From Mobula hypostoma (lineage: Eukaryota), in assembly GCF_963921235.1 (NCBI RefSeq), contig NC_086108.1, positions 26,662,001 to 26,726,000 of the forward strand: a stretch of DNA of 64,000 nucleotides, in the 5' to 3' direction. Below, in pieces: positions 14,140-25,047 of this stretch (position 1 is its first letter; each line of letters begins with the position of its first letter). The notes under the pieces are model-generated. The model had not been told where the DNA came from. It made no database searches and saw only the letters and a program-made list of their open reading frames with translations. The translations under genes and the position numbers were made by a program.

Positions 14140-14625
14140 CGCACACTCTCCATTTCTGTATTTCCATTGTGTCCCTCCCCTTCTATCACAACCCACCTCC
14201 TCTGTAGCTGCATCAGACCTCCGTAACTTGAACATCGATTTCTCGAATTTCTGGGAATGGTCTCCACTGGTCCTTTCACCTTTCCCCATCCCCTTTTCTC
14301 TCTCTCACCTTACCTCCTTGCCTCCCTCTGGTGCTCCTCCCCTTTTTCTTTCTTCCATGGCCTTCTGTCCTCTCCCATCAGACTCCCCCCTTCTCCAGCC
14401 CTGTATGTCTTTCACCAATCAACTTCCCAGCTTTTTACTTCATCCCTCCCCCTCCCATCACCTATCACCTCGTGTTTCTCCCTCCCCTCCCCCACCTTTT
14501 AACCCTACTGTCAGCTTTCTTACTCCAGTCCTGCTGAAGGGTCTCGGCCCGAAACATTGACTGTACTCTTTTCCATGAACGCTGCGTGGCCTGCTGAGTT
14601 ACTCCAGCATCTTGTGCATGTTACT
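14140..14625 (+). mobile_element. Penelope-like 3' end with decayed hammerhead
   Basis: NIDFSNF C-terminus, pyrimidine-rich UTR, cagtcctgctgaagggtctcggcccgaaacattgactg (hammerhead with core and cleavage-site substitutions). Confidence 0.8.
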
Positions 14626-16408
14626 CTGTGACTTGCCTTTGCCAATATGAATAGAGCTTTAGAAATAACTGGGTTGTTTCAGCCTTCACATTTAATGCAT
14701 AATGTATACAGTATATTCCAACATATAGCGACATTATTACTGTTATTTTGTTGATTTGTAAACAACACATCATCAATCATTGTATCAGATGGCCTTCCCT
14801 TGAGAAATGATTCTAATGTAATACATAAGATGGACGGACCTTTTGATGGAAGGGAAGTCAGTGTGGGTGGCTCCAGATATCACCCTTTTACAGACTATGT
14901 CAATGCATTTATAAAAGCCTTGTTCAATAGGGCCAAGCTATTGAAATCCATCAGCTTTCTCTCTGTCAAATGCATTGTAATGGATCCTTACAGGGTGATG
15001 AACTATTCATTGTTGCTACATAACTGCAATACACGATCACACCCACAGGAAAGATTTGTTTGCCAAACACTGCTCACTTCACTTGCAGAAAGCAATGAGA
15101 ATATTGGCTCCTATCATTTATTTACAAGTCCTTGATGCTGCTGTTCCACTAGCAGCTCCTGAGCTCCATTCAGTGTTTTCTTTTGCTGTGGTCTTCTAGC
15201 AAAGATTGCAGACTCTCGTTGCTAGTGCCTTATTGGAGTGGTGCTGTCAGGGACCACCGACTGCTGAAGCAGTGAATACTGGTCATTATTTATTCGTGTA
15301 CCTAATATTGTAATATTTACTTTTGTTTGACAGTTTTCTTGGAGTGAAAATGTGTTTAAGACAGTAGGAAGCACAATAGCCATGTTTGACTCTGGCTGAT
15401 CACAGTTGGTCAGCTGAACTCAATCATCAATTACTGGGATCAAAGAGGCCAGTTAGCTTTCTGTCTGCTCATCTGTCTGCCTATCCTCCTGACTTTCTGT
15501 TCATCTGTCCGAATGCCTATCTGTCTCTGACTGCCTGAAAGAGTTTGACAGACTCAGCGGAGCACCAGACAACTTGCCTTCTCATCAGGCTCTGGCTCCA
15601 CGCATTGTGGATTATTCAGCTAGAAAATAGATGTTTGTGTCATTTTCTGAAAGTTTTAACAGGACGAAAACCATTCTCCATTGAAATCTGTCTAACTTTT
15701 CCAGCTCAGCATTATTCAAAATTTACTGGTGTCCTTTGCACAGATAATGGTAGCATCAACATGTGTGAGACTCCCCTTTGCTGGACTCTAAGAAATTAGA
15801 TCAAAGATGTGCATCTATCATCATAGTTTTCAATTCACAGTGGGAAAGAGCAAACCTCACTTTATGCCCCTAAAGAAACATGAATTAAAGGGTCTGGTTA
15901 TCAATGTGTAGCTAACTGCACCAACCTACCTTATTTCTTAAATGTTCTGCATATTTCAAAAATTATTTCTGAGTCTTACTCGGTTTATAATTTGAATGCA
16001 AATTATTCAGCAATCCTGAAATAAAACCAAAAGTGCTCAGCATGTTGAGTAGATGAAGAGGACCAGAGTCAACCGTTTAGGTCAATGATCTTTCTTCCAA
16101 GCTGAGAAAACATAGAACCCCAATATGTTTTGAGTTGCAGAGAAAAAGGACAAGTGAGCTATCAGTTAGTTTTTGTACTTTTACACAGTACTTTTTGCAG
16201 CTAAGCACAGCATTGACAACTGTTGTGATCCCAGCATGGGGGAGGTACCTAGGCCTCTCAGTAATTTGGGGACCCACAACAAGATGGGACTGAATCTGGG
16301 TGAGTTATGGCCTTATGCACTAAGCACACTAAATGATGAAGCCACACTCAGGTTGGAGAAACAACACCTTACATTCCATCTGGGTAGCCTCCAACCTGAT
16401 GGCATGAC

Positions 16409-17907
16409 TTCAAAACTCGTTAGATTCTGGACTAGTTCCTGAGGATTGGAGGGTGGCTAATGTAACCCCACTTTTTAAAAAAGGAGGGAGAGAGAAACCG
16501 GGGAATTATAGGCCGGTTAGCCTAACGTCGGTGGTGGGGAAACTGCTGGAGTCAGTTATCAAGGATGTGATAACAGCACATTTGGAAAGCGGTGAAATGA
16601 TCGGACAAAGTCAGCATGGATTTGTGAAAGGAAAATCATGTCTGACGAATCTCATAGAATTTTTTGAGGATGTAACTAGTAGAGTGGATAGGGGAGAACC
16701 AGTGGATGTGGTATATTTGGATTTTCAAAAGGCTTTTGACAAGGTCCCACATAGGAGATTAGTGTGCAAACTTAAAGCACACGGTATTGGGGGTAAGGTA
16801 TTGGTGTGGGTGGAGAATTGGTTAGCAGACAGGAAGCAAAGAGTGGGAATAAACGGGACCTTTTCAGAATGGCAGGCGGTGACTAGTGGGGTACCGCAAG
16901 GCTCAGTGCTGGGACCCCAGTTGTTTACAATATATATTAATGACTTGGATGAGGGAATTAAATGCAGCATCTCCAAGTTTGCGGATGACACGAAGCTGGG
17001 TGGCAGTGTTAGCAGTGAGGAGGATGCTAAGAGGATGCAGGGTGACTTGGATAGGTTGGGTGAGTGGGCAAACTCATGGCAGATGCAATTTAATGTGGAT
17101 AAATGTGAAGTTATCCACTTTGGTGGCAAAAATAGGAAAACAGATTATTATCTGAATGGTGGCCGATTAGGAAAAGGGGAGGTGCAACGAGACCTGGGTG
17201 TCATTATACACCAGTCATTGAAAGTGGGCATGCAGGTACAGCAGGCGGTGAAAAAGGCGAACGGTATGCTGGCATTTATAGCGAGAGGATTCGAGTACAG
17301 GAGCAGGGAGGTACTACTGCAGTTGTACAAGGCCTTGGTGAGACCACACCTGGAGTATTGTGTGCAGTTTTGGTCCCCTAATCTGAGGAAAGACATCTTT
17401 GCCATAGAGGGAGTACAAAGAAGGTTCACCAGATTGATTCCTGGGATGGCAGGTCTTTCATATGAAGAAAGACTGGATGAACTGGGCTTGTACTCGTTGG
17501 AATTTAGAAGATTGAGGGGGGATCTGATTGAAACGTATAAGATCCTAAAGGGATTGGACAGGCTAGATGCAGGAAGATTGTTCCCGATGTTGGGGAGGTC
17601 TAGAACGAGGGGTCACAGTTTGAGGATAGAGGGGAAGCCTTTTAGGACCGAGGTTAGGAAAAACTTCTTCACACAGAGAGTGGTGAATCTGTGGAATTCT
17701 CTGCCACAGCAAACTGTTGAGGCCAGTTCATTAGCTATGTTTAAAAGGAAGTTAGATATGGCCCTTGTGGCTACAGGGGTCAGGGGGTATGGAGGGAAGG
17801 CTGGGTTCTGAGTTGGATGATCAGCCATGATCATAATAAATGGCGGTGCAGGCTCGAAGGGCCGAATGGCCTACTCCTGCACCTATTTTCTATGTTTCTA
17901 TGTTTCT
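16409..17907 (+). mobile_element. Young 5'-truncated CR1 LINE
   Basis: Uninterrupted RT ORF, CR1 3' UTR and (TTCTATGT)n tail at ~17888-17907. Confidence 0.95.
16453..17811 (+). CDS. CR1 ORF2 reverse transcriptase domain, 5'-truncated (452 aa open)
   Basis: NYRPVSLTS, QHGF, YLDFQKAFDKVPH, GVPQGSVLGP, KFADDTKL. Confidence 0.92.
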   Translation: MANVTPLFKKGGREKPGNYRPVSLTSVVGKLLESVIKDVITAHLESGEMIGQSQHGFVKGKSCLTNLIEFFEDVTSRVDRGEPVDVVYLDFQKAFDKVPHRRLVCKLKAHGIGGKVLVWVENWLADRKQRVGINGTFSEWQAVTSGVPQGSVLGPQLFTIYINDLDEGIKCSISKFADDTKLGGSVSSEEDAKRMQGDLDRLGEWANSWQMQFNVDKCEVIHFGGKNRKTDYYLNGGRLGKGEVQRDLGVIIHQSLKVGMQVQQAVKKANGMLAFIARGFEYRSREVLLQLYKALVRPHLEYCVQFWSPNLRKDIFAIEGVQRRFTRLIPGMAGLSYEERLDELGLYSLEFRRLRGDLIETYKILKGLDRLDAGRLFPMLGRSRTRGHSLRIEGKPFRTEVRKNFFTQRVVNLWNSLPQQTVEASSLAMFKRKLDMALVATGVRGYGGKAGF

Positions 17908-19067
17908 CTAACTTCCGCTAAGGCTCTACCTCCCCCTCGTACCCCATCTGTTACTTATTTTTATGCACACATTCTTTCTCTCACTCTCCTTTTTCCCCCT
18001 CTGTCCCTCTGAATATACCTCTTGCCCATCCTCTGGGTCCGCCCCCCCCTTGTCTTTCTTCCCGGACCTCCTGTCCGATGATCCTCTCGTATACCCTTTT
18101 GCCTATCACCTGTCCAGCTCTTGGCTCTATCCCTCCCCCTCCTGTCTTCTCCTATCATTTTGTATCTCCCCCTCCCCTTCCCACTTTCAAATCTCTTACT
18201 AACTCTTCCTTCAGTTAGTCCTGACAAAGGATCTTGGCCTGAAACGCCGACTGCACCTCTTCCTACAGATGCTGCCTGGCCTGCTGCATTCACCAGCAAC
18301 TTTGCTGTGTGTTGCTTGAATTTCCAGCATCTGCAGAATTCCTGTTGTTTACACTAAACCCCTCTGCATTTTTGTTCACACTCACAACAGTTCTATTGTG
18401 ACTGATTTAGAAAGAGCATTTTAAAGCTAAGACCCATTTCTCATGCACTGAGTATTGTTTGAAAACTCTCTTGTGCTACTTTTCACTGAGAAAATTAACT
18501 AGGGCAGAGGTACTAACAATTTGCCTTTATTAAAGGCAGTCGACTGAAGCAGTTATTGCACAGACTCAGAACTTACTGTACATGCAACACACACGTCACA
18601 GGGAGGGGTGATGGTTTATTGTCTTAGAAAATCATCAGGTTTTTTTCAGAAATCTGAAACTATTGGAAAATGCATTGTATTTTCTATGTATTACAGTATT
18701 TACTCAAATGTACACATTGTATTTTCTATGTTTACTATGTAACCACTGCTAGCTGAATAGAAGGTATTCACTATGTAGCCATGACTTTTGACCTGATCAC
18801 TATTAATTCATGAAGAGAACTAGAATGAAACCAAGTAGAAAGATAACGGTGGAGAGTAAGGTGATGAAATATGCTGCAGTATGTCAACGCAAGACTAATT
18901 AAGAAATAACTGTGGTTAGGGATGAGAGGACATATGGTCTAAAATGTAAACTAGGACATAATTAAGTTGGGGAGTAAAACAATAGTGGAAAGTCGAGAGC
19001 AGATATATTGATGATATGTAATCACAGGCCGACTGGATATGATAATGTAGCTAAGATAAGAAATTGC

Positions 19068-19074
19068 TATAAAA
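19068..19074 (+). promoter_or_regulatory. TATA box of the ERV 5' LTR
   Basis: TATAAAA at the expected U3 position; the 3' LTR has TACAAAA at the same site. Confidence 0.65.
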
Positions 19075-19150
19075 AATACTGTATACAAGTTTCATACATC
19101 AAAGTTGCTGGTGAACGCAGCAGGCCAAGCAGCATCTATAGGAAGAGGCG

Positions 19151-19188
19151 CAGTCGACGTTTCAGGCCGAGACCCTTCGTCAGGACTA
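19151..19188 (-). ncRNA. Minimal type I hammerhead ribozyme (Penelope-associated), core intact
   Basis: Minus strand reads AGTC-CTGACGA-AGGgtctcggCCT-GAAAC-GTC-GACT: stem I, core, stem II, palindromic stem III and GUC site. Confidence 0.8.
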
Positions 19189-19480
19189 ACTGAAGGAAGA
19201 GTGAGTAAGGGATTTGAAAGCTGGAGGGGGAGGGGGAGATGCAAAATGATAGGAGAAGACAGGAGGGGGAGGGATAGAGCCGAGAGCTGGACAGGTGATA
19301 GGCAAAAGGGGATACGAGAGGATCATGGGACAGGAGGTCCAGGAAGAAAGATGGGGGGGGGGTGACCCAGAGGATGGGCAAGAGGTATATTCAGAGGGAC
19401 AGAGGGAGAAAAAGGAGAGTGAGAGAAAGAATGTGTGCATAAAAATGAGTAACAGATGGGGTACGAGGGGGAGGTGGGGC

Positions 19481-21804
19481 CTAGCGGAAGTTAGAGAAGT
19501 CAATGTTCATGCCATCAGGTTGGAGGCTACCCAGACGGAATATAAGGTGTTGTTCCTCCAACCTGAGTGTGGCTTCATCTTTACAGTAGAGGAGGCCGTG
19601 GATAGACATGTTGGAATGGGAATGGGATGTGGAATTAAAATGTGTGGCCACTGGGAGATCCTGCTTTCTCTGGCGGACAGAGCGTAGATGTTCAGCAAAG
19701 CGGTCTCCCAGTCTGCGTCGGGTCTCACCAATATATAAAAGGCCACATCCGGAGCACCGGACGCAGTATATCACCCCAGTCGACTCACAGGTGAAGTGAT
19801 GCCTCACCTGGAAGGACTGTTTGGGGCCCTGAATGGTGGTAAGGGAGGAAGTGTAAGGGCATGTGTAGCACTTGTTCCGCTTACACGGATAAGTGCCAGG
19901 AGGGAGATCAGTGGGGAGGGATGGGGGGGACGAATGGACAAGGGAGTTGTGTAGGGAGCGATCCCTGTGGAATGCAGGGGGGGGGAGGGAAAGATGTGCT
20001 TAGTGGTGGGATCCCGTTGGAGGTGGCGGAAGTTACGGAGAATAATATGTTGGACCCGGAGGCTGGTGGGGTGGTGGGAGGATGGAGTGAGAGCAGATGT
20101 ACGTGAAATGGGGGAGATGCGTTTAGGAGCAGAGTTGATAGTGGAGGAAGGGAAGCCCCTTTCTTTAAAAAATGAAGACATCTCCCTCGTCCTAGAATGA
20201 AAAGCCTCATCCTGAGAGCAGATGCGGCGGAGACGGAGGAATTGCGAGAAGGGGATGGCGTTTTTGCAAGAGACAGGGTGAGAAGAGGAATAGTCCAGAT
20301 AGCTGTGAGAGTCAGTAGGCTTATAGTAGACATCAGTGGATAAGCTGTCTCCAGAGACAGAGACAGAAAGATCTAGAAAGGGGAGGGAGGTGTCGGAAAT
20401 GGACCAGGTAAACTTGAGGACAGGGTGAAAGTTGGAGGCAAAGTTAATAAAGTCAACGAGTTCTGCATGCGTGCAGGAAGCAGTGCCAATGCAGTCGTCG
20501 ATGTAGCGAAGGAAAAGTGGGGGACAGATACCAGAATAGGCACGGAACATAGATTGTTCCACAAACCCAACAAAAAGGCAGGCATAGCTAGGACCCATAC
20601 GGGTGCCCATAGCTACACCTTTGGTTTGGAGGAAATGGGAGGAGCAAAAGGAGAAATTATTAAGAGTAAGTACTAATTCCGCTAGACGGAGCAGAGTGGT
20701 GGTAGAGGGGAACTGATTAGGTCTGGAATCCAAAAAGACGCGTAGAGCTTTGAGACCTTCCTGATGGGGGATGGAAGTATATAAGGATTGGACATCCATG
20801 GTGAAAATAAAGCGGTGGGGGCCAGGGAACTTAAAATCATCGAAAAGTTTAAGAGCGTGAGAAGTGTCACGAACATAGGTCGGAAGGGATTGAACTAGGG
20901 GTGATAAAACAGTGTCGAGGTATGCAGAAACGAGTTCGGTGGGGCAGGAGCAAGCTGAGACAATAGGTCGGCCAGGACAGGCAGGTTTGTGGATCTTGGG
21001 TAGGAGGTAGAAACGGGAAGTGCGGGGTGTGGGAACTATAAGGTTGGTAGCAGTGGATGGGAGATCCCCTGAGCGGATAAAGTCGGTGATAGTGTGGGAG
21101 ACAATGGCCTGGTGCTCCTTAGTGGGGTCACGATGGAGGGGTAAATAAGAGGAGGTATCCGCGAGTTGTCGCTGTGCCTCGGCAAGGTAGAGGTCAGTAC
21201 GCCAGACTACAACAGCACCCCCCTTATCAGCGGGTTTAATAATAACGTTAGGATTAGTGCGGAGGGAGTGGAGAGCAGAGCGTTCCGAAGGAGTGAGGTT
21301 GGAATGGGGACAAGGTGCGGTGAAGTCGAGACGGTTGATGTCCCGTCGGTAATTAGCGATAAAGAGATCCAGAGCAGGCAGAAGACCAGAGCGGGGTGTC
21401 CATGAAGAAGAGGAGGGTTGAAGACAGGAGAAGGGGTCATCGGTGGGGGTGGAAGAGTCCTTGCCGAAGAAGTAGGCTCGGAGACGGAGACGGCGGAAGA
21501 AAAGTTCCGCATCATGGCGAACATGGAACTCGCTGAGGTGTGGGCGAAGGGGGACAAACGTGAGGCCCTTACTGAGAACAGAGCGCTCTGCCTCCGACAG
21601 TTGAAGGTCGGAGGGGATGGTAAAGACCTGGCACGGATGAGAGCTGGGATCAGAGGGGGGAGGGGGGAGGCTGGGGGTGTCAGTGGAGAGGGGAGGCTGG
21701 GGGTGAGAGGAAGATGGAGCCTCTGAGGGCCCAGGAGTTGACGGTGGGATCTGAGGAAGACGGGGCTGCGGAGTGGTGGTGGGGGAAGGGGAGACGGGAG
21801 TCAC
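19481..21804 (-). pseudogene. Penelope RT plus GIY-YIG endonuclease, frameshifted
   Basis: 666 aa ORF (KPADKGG, MDVQSLYTSI, GVAMGT, RYIDD) and separate 108 aa ORF (GVIYCVRC..C...YIGET.R.L..RF.EH); 39 bp and ~4 bp deletions relative to the right arm. Confidence 0.9.
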
Positions 21805-21942
21805 AACAGCAGCACATAAAGACCCAGTCTGGAGTTCAAGGCTGGAGTCGCAGTTGGTGGTTGCGCAATCGCTGTGAAGGTGTCCATGGTCGTTGCTGGA
21901 GTCCGGGTTTTGAATATGTCCTGAGGTGTTGGAGCCGCCGTC

Positions 21943-24474
21943 ATGTTAGGCAAAGATCGCAAGATCTTACATCTACGGACTCCAGAGCCTGCCGGCCCCG
22001 ACGCTAGCAGGCATGAACTTTCAATTGCGGCCTCTGCCATTGATCTCGGCGGCTCCAACACCTCAGGACATATTCAAAACCCGGACTCCAGCAACGACCA
22101 TGGACACCTTCACAGCGATTGCGCAACCACCAACTGCGACTCCAGCCTTGAACTCCAGGCCGGGTCTTTATGTGCTGCTATTGTGACTCCCGTCTCCCCT
22201 TCCCCCACCACCACTCTGCAACCCCGTCTCCCTCAGATCCCACCGTCAGCTCCTGGGCCCTCAGAGGCTCCATCTTCCTCTCACCCCAACCCTCACCTCT
22301 CCACTGACACCCCCAGCCTCCCCCCTCTCCCCTCTGATCCCAGCTCTCATCCGTGCCGGGTCTTTACCATCCCCTCCGACCTTCAACTGTCGGAGGCAGA
22401 ACGCTCTGTTCTCAGTAAGGGCCTCACCTTTGTCCCCCTTCGCCCACACCTCAGTGAGTTCCGTGTTCGCCATGATGCGGAACTTTTCTTCCGCCGTCTC
22501 CGTCTCCGAGCCTACTTCTTCGGCAAGGACTCTTCCAATCCCACCGATGACCCCTTCTCCTGTCTTCAACCCTCCTCTTCTTCATGGACACCCCGCTCTG
22601 GTCTTCTGCCTGCTCTGGATCTCTTTATTGCTAACTGCCGACGGGACATCAACCGTCTCGACTTCACCGCACCTTGTCCCCATTCCAACCTCACTCCTTC
22701 GGAACGCTCTGCTCTCCACTCCCTCCGCACTAATCCTAACGTTATTATTAAACCCGCTGATAAGGGGGGTGCTGTTGTAGTCTGGCGTACTGACCTCTAC
22801 CTTGCCGAGGCACAGCGACATCTCGCGGATACCTCCTCTTATTTACCCCTCCATCGTGACCCCACTAAGGAGCACCAGGCCATTGTCTCCCACACTATCA
22901 CCGACTTTATCCGCTCAGGGGATCTCCCATCCACTGCTACCAACCTTATAGTTCCCAAACCCCGCACTTCCCGTTTCTACCTCCTACCCAAGATCCACAA
23001 ACCTGCCTGTCCTGGCCGACCTATTGTCTCAGCTTGCTCCTGCCCCACCGAACTCGTTTCTGCATACCTCGACACTGTTTTATCACCCCTTGTTCAATCC
23101 CTTCCGACCTATGTTCGTGACACTTCTCACGCTCTTAAACTTTTCGATGATTTTAAGTTCCCTGGCCCCCACCGCTTTATTTTCACCATGGATGTCCAAT
23201 CCTTATATACTTCCATCCCCCATCAGGAAGGTCTCAAAGCTCTACGCGTCTTTTTGGATTCCAGACCTAATCAGTTCCCCTCTACCACCACTCTGCTCCG
23301 TCTAGCGGAATTAGTACTTACTCTTAATAATTTCTCCTTTTGCTCCTCCCATTTCCTCCAAACCAAAGGTGTAGCTATGGGCACCCGTATGGGTCCTAGC
23401 TATGCCTGCCTTTTTGTTGGGTTTGTGGAACAATCTATGTTCCGTGCCTATTCTGGTATCTGTCCCCCACTTTTCCTTCGCTACATCGACAACTGCATTG
23501 GCGCTGCTTCCTGCACGCATGCAGAACTCGTTGACTTTATTAACTTTGCCTCCAACTTTCACCCTGTCCTCAAGTTTACCTGGTCCATTTCCGACACCTC
23601 CCTCCCCTTTCTAGATCTTTCTGTCTCTGTCTCTGGAGACAGCTTATCCACTGATGTCTACTATAAGCCTACTGACTCTCACAGCTATCTGGACTATTCC
23701 TCTTCTCACCCTGTCTCTTGCAAAAACGCCATCCCCTTCTCGCAATTCCTCCGTCTCCTCCGCATCTGCTCTCAGGATGAGGCTTTTCATTCTAGGACGA
23801 GGGAGATGTCTTCATTTTTTAAAGAAAGGGGCTTCCCTTCCTCCACTATCAACTCTGCTCTTAAACGCATCTCCCCCATTTCACGTACATCTGCTCTCAC
23901 TCCATCCTCCCACCACCCCACTAGGAATAGGGTTCCCCTGGCCCTCACCTACCACCCCACCAGCCTCCGGGTCCAACATATTATTCTCAGTAACTTCCGC
24001 CACCTCCAATGGGATCCCACCACTAAGCACATCTTTCCCTCTCCCACTCTCTCTGCATTCCGCAGGGATCGCTCCCTACACAACTCCCTTGTCCATTCGT
24101 CCCCCCCATCCCTCCCCACTGATCTCCCTCCTGGCACTTATCCGTGTAAGCGGAACAAGTGCTACACATGCCCTTACACTTCCTCCCTTACCACCATTCA
24201 GGGCCCCAAACAGTCCTTCCAGGTGAGGCATCACTTCACCTGTGAGTCAACTGGGGTGATATACTGCGTCCGGTGCTCCCGATGTGGCCTTTTATATATT
24301 GGTGAGACCCGACGCAGACTGGGAGACCGCTTTGCTGAACATCTACGCTCTGTCCGCCAGAGAAAGCAGGATCTCCCAGTGGCCACACATTTTAATTCCA
24401 CATCCCATTCCCATTCCAACATGTCTATCCACGGCCTCCTCTACTGTAAAGATGAAGCCACACTCAGGTTGTAG
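21943..24474 (+). CDS. Penelope RT-GIY-YIG polyprotein (843 aa open), probably defective
   Basis: PLE RT motifs, C..C..C linker and GIY-YIG domain; catalytic motif reads YIDN; TAG at 24472 where the left arm has Glu. Confidence 0.88.
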   Translation: MLGKDRKILHLRTPEPAGPDASRHELSIAASAIDLGGSNTSGHIQNPDSSNDHGHLHSDCATTNCDSSLELQAGSLCAAIVTPVSPSPTTTLQPRLPQIPPSAPGPSEAPSSSHPNPHLSTDTPSLPPLPSDPSSHPCRVFTIPSDLQLSEAERSVLSKGLTFVPLRPHLSEFRVRHDAELFFRRLRLRAYFFGKDSSNPTDDPFSCLQPSSSSWTPRSGLLPALDLFIANCRRDINRLDFTAPCPHSNLTPSERSALHSLRTNPNVIIKPADKGGAVVVWRTDLYLAEAQRHLADTSSYLPLHRDPTKEHQAIVSHTITDFIRSGDLPSTATNLIVPKPRTSRFYLLPKIHKPACPGRPIVSACSCPTELVSAYLDTVLSPLVQSLPTYVRDTSHALKLFDDFKFPGPHRFIFTMDVQSLYTSIPHQEGLKALRVFLDSRPNQFPSTTTLLRLAELVLTLNNFSFCSSHFLQTKGVAMGTRMGPSYACLFVGFVEQSMFRAYSGICPPLFLRYIDNCIGAASCTHAELVDFINFASNFHPVLKFTWSISDTSLPFLDLSVSVSGDSLSTDVYYKPTDSHSYLDYSSSHPVSCKNAIPFSQFLRLLRICSQDEAFHSRTREMSSFFKERGFPSSTINSALKRISPISRTSALTPSSHHPTRNRVPLALTYHPTSLRVQHIILSNFRHLQWDPTTKHIFPSPTLSAFRRDRSLHNSLVHSSPPSLPTDLPPGTYPCKRNKCYTCPYTSSLTTIQGPKQSFQVRHHFTCESTGVIYCVRCSRCGLLYIGETRRRLGDRFAEHLRSVRQRKQDLPVATHFNSTSHSHSNMSIHGLLYCKDEATLRL

Positions 24475-24847
24475 GAACAACACCTTATATTCCGTCTGGG
24501 TAGCCTCCAACCTGATGGCATGAACATCGACTTCTCTAACTTCCGCTAAGGCCCCACCTCCCCCTCGTACCCCATCTGTTACTCATTTTTATGCACACAT
24601 TCTTTCTCTCACTCTCCTTTTTCTCCCTCTGTCCCTCTGAATATACCTCTTGCCCATCCTCTGGGTCACCCCCCCCCCACCTTGTCTTTCTTCCTGGACC
24701 TCCTGTCCCATGATCCTCTCGTATCCCCTTTTGCCTATCACCTGTCCAGCTCTCGGCTCTATCCCTCCCCCTCCTGTCTTCTCCTATCATTTTGCATCTC
24801 CCCCTCCCCCTCCAGCTTTCAAATCACTTACTCACTCTTCCTTCAGT

Positions 24848-24885
24848 TAGTCCTGACGAAGGGTCTCGGCCTGAAACGTCGACTG
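24848..24885 (+). ncRNA. Minimal type I hammerhead ribozyme (Penelope-associated), core intact
   Basis: AGTC(24849-52) CTGACGA(24853-59) AGG..CCT GAAAC GTC(24878-80) GACT; predicted cleavage after C24880. Confidence 0.8.
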
Positions 24886-25047
24886 CGCCTCTTCCTATAG
24901 ATGCTGCTTGGCCTGCTGCGTTCACCAGCAACTTTGATGTATGTTGCTTGAATTTCCAGCATCTGCAGAATTCCTGTTGTTTGCGTATACAAGTTTCAAT
25001 GGGCGGTCAGCTACTAGCTTTCTGATTGTCTCAGCTTTGATTTGCAA

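Larger units (their letters stand above)
16333..18351 (+). mobile_element. Penelope 3' fragment (same family as the palindrome arms) split by a young CR1
   Basis: DEATLRLEKQHL.FHLGSLQPDGM at 16333-16408 resumes as ttctctaacttccgctaag at ~17904; UTR closely matches 24530-24982; hammerhead at ~18216-18254 is mutated. Confidence 0.9.
19093..21940 (-). mobile_element. Penelope-like element, left arm of the palindrome
   Basis: Reverse complement of 22047-24943. Confidence 0.95.
21941..24984 (+). mobile_element. Penelope-like element, right arm (5'-truncated, complete 3' tail)
   Basis: RT-GIY-YIG ORF, UTR, hammerhead and terminal tail ...ttcctgttgtttgc, followed by the TSD. Confidence 0.95.

Noticed and set aside
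16725..17429. Antisense ORFs inside CR1 and Penelope copies (also 20373-21726, 22261-23562, 62001-62671)
   Set aside because: Shadow frames of TE coding sequence, repeated in every copy
19093..24943. Palindrome as an assembly artefact
   Set aside because: The arms have independent substitutions and indels, unequal ends and a shared TSD; read-level confirmation is still advisable
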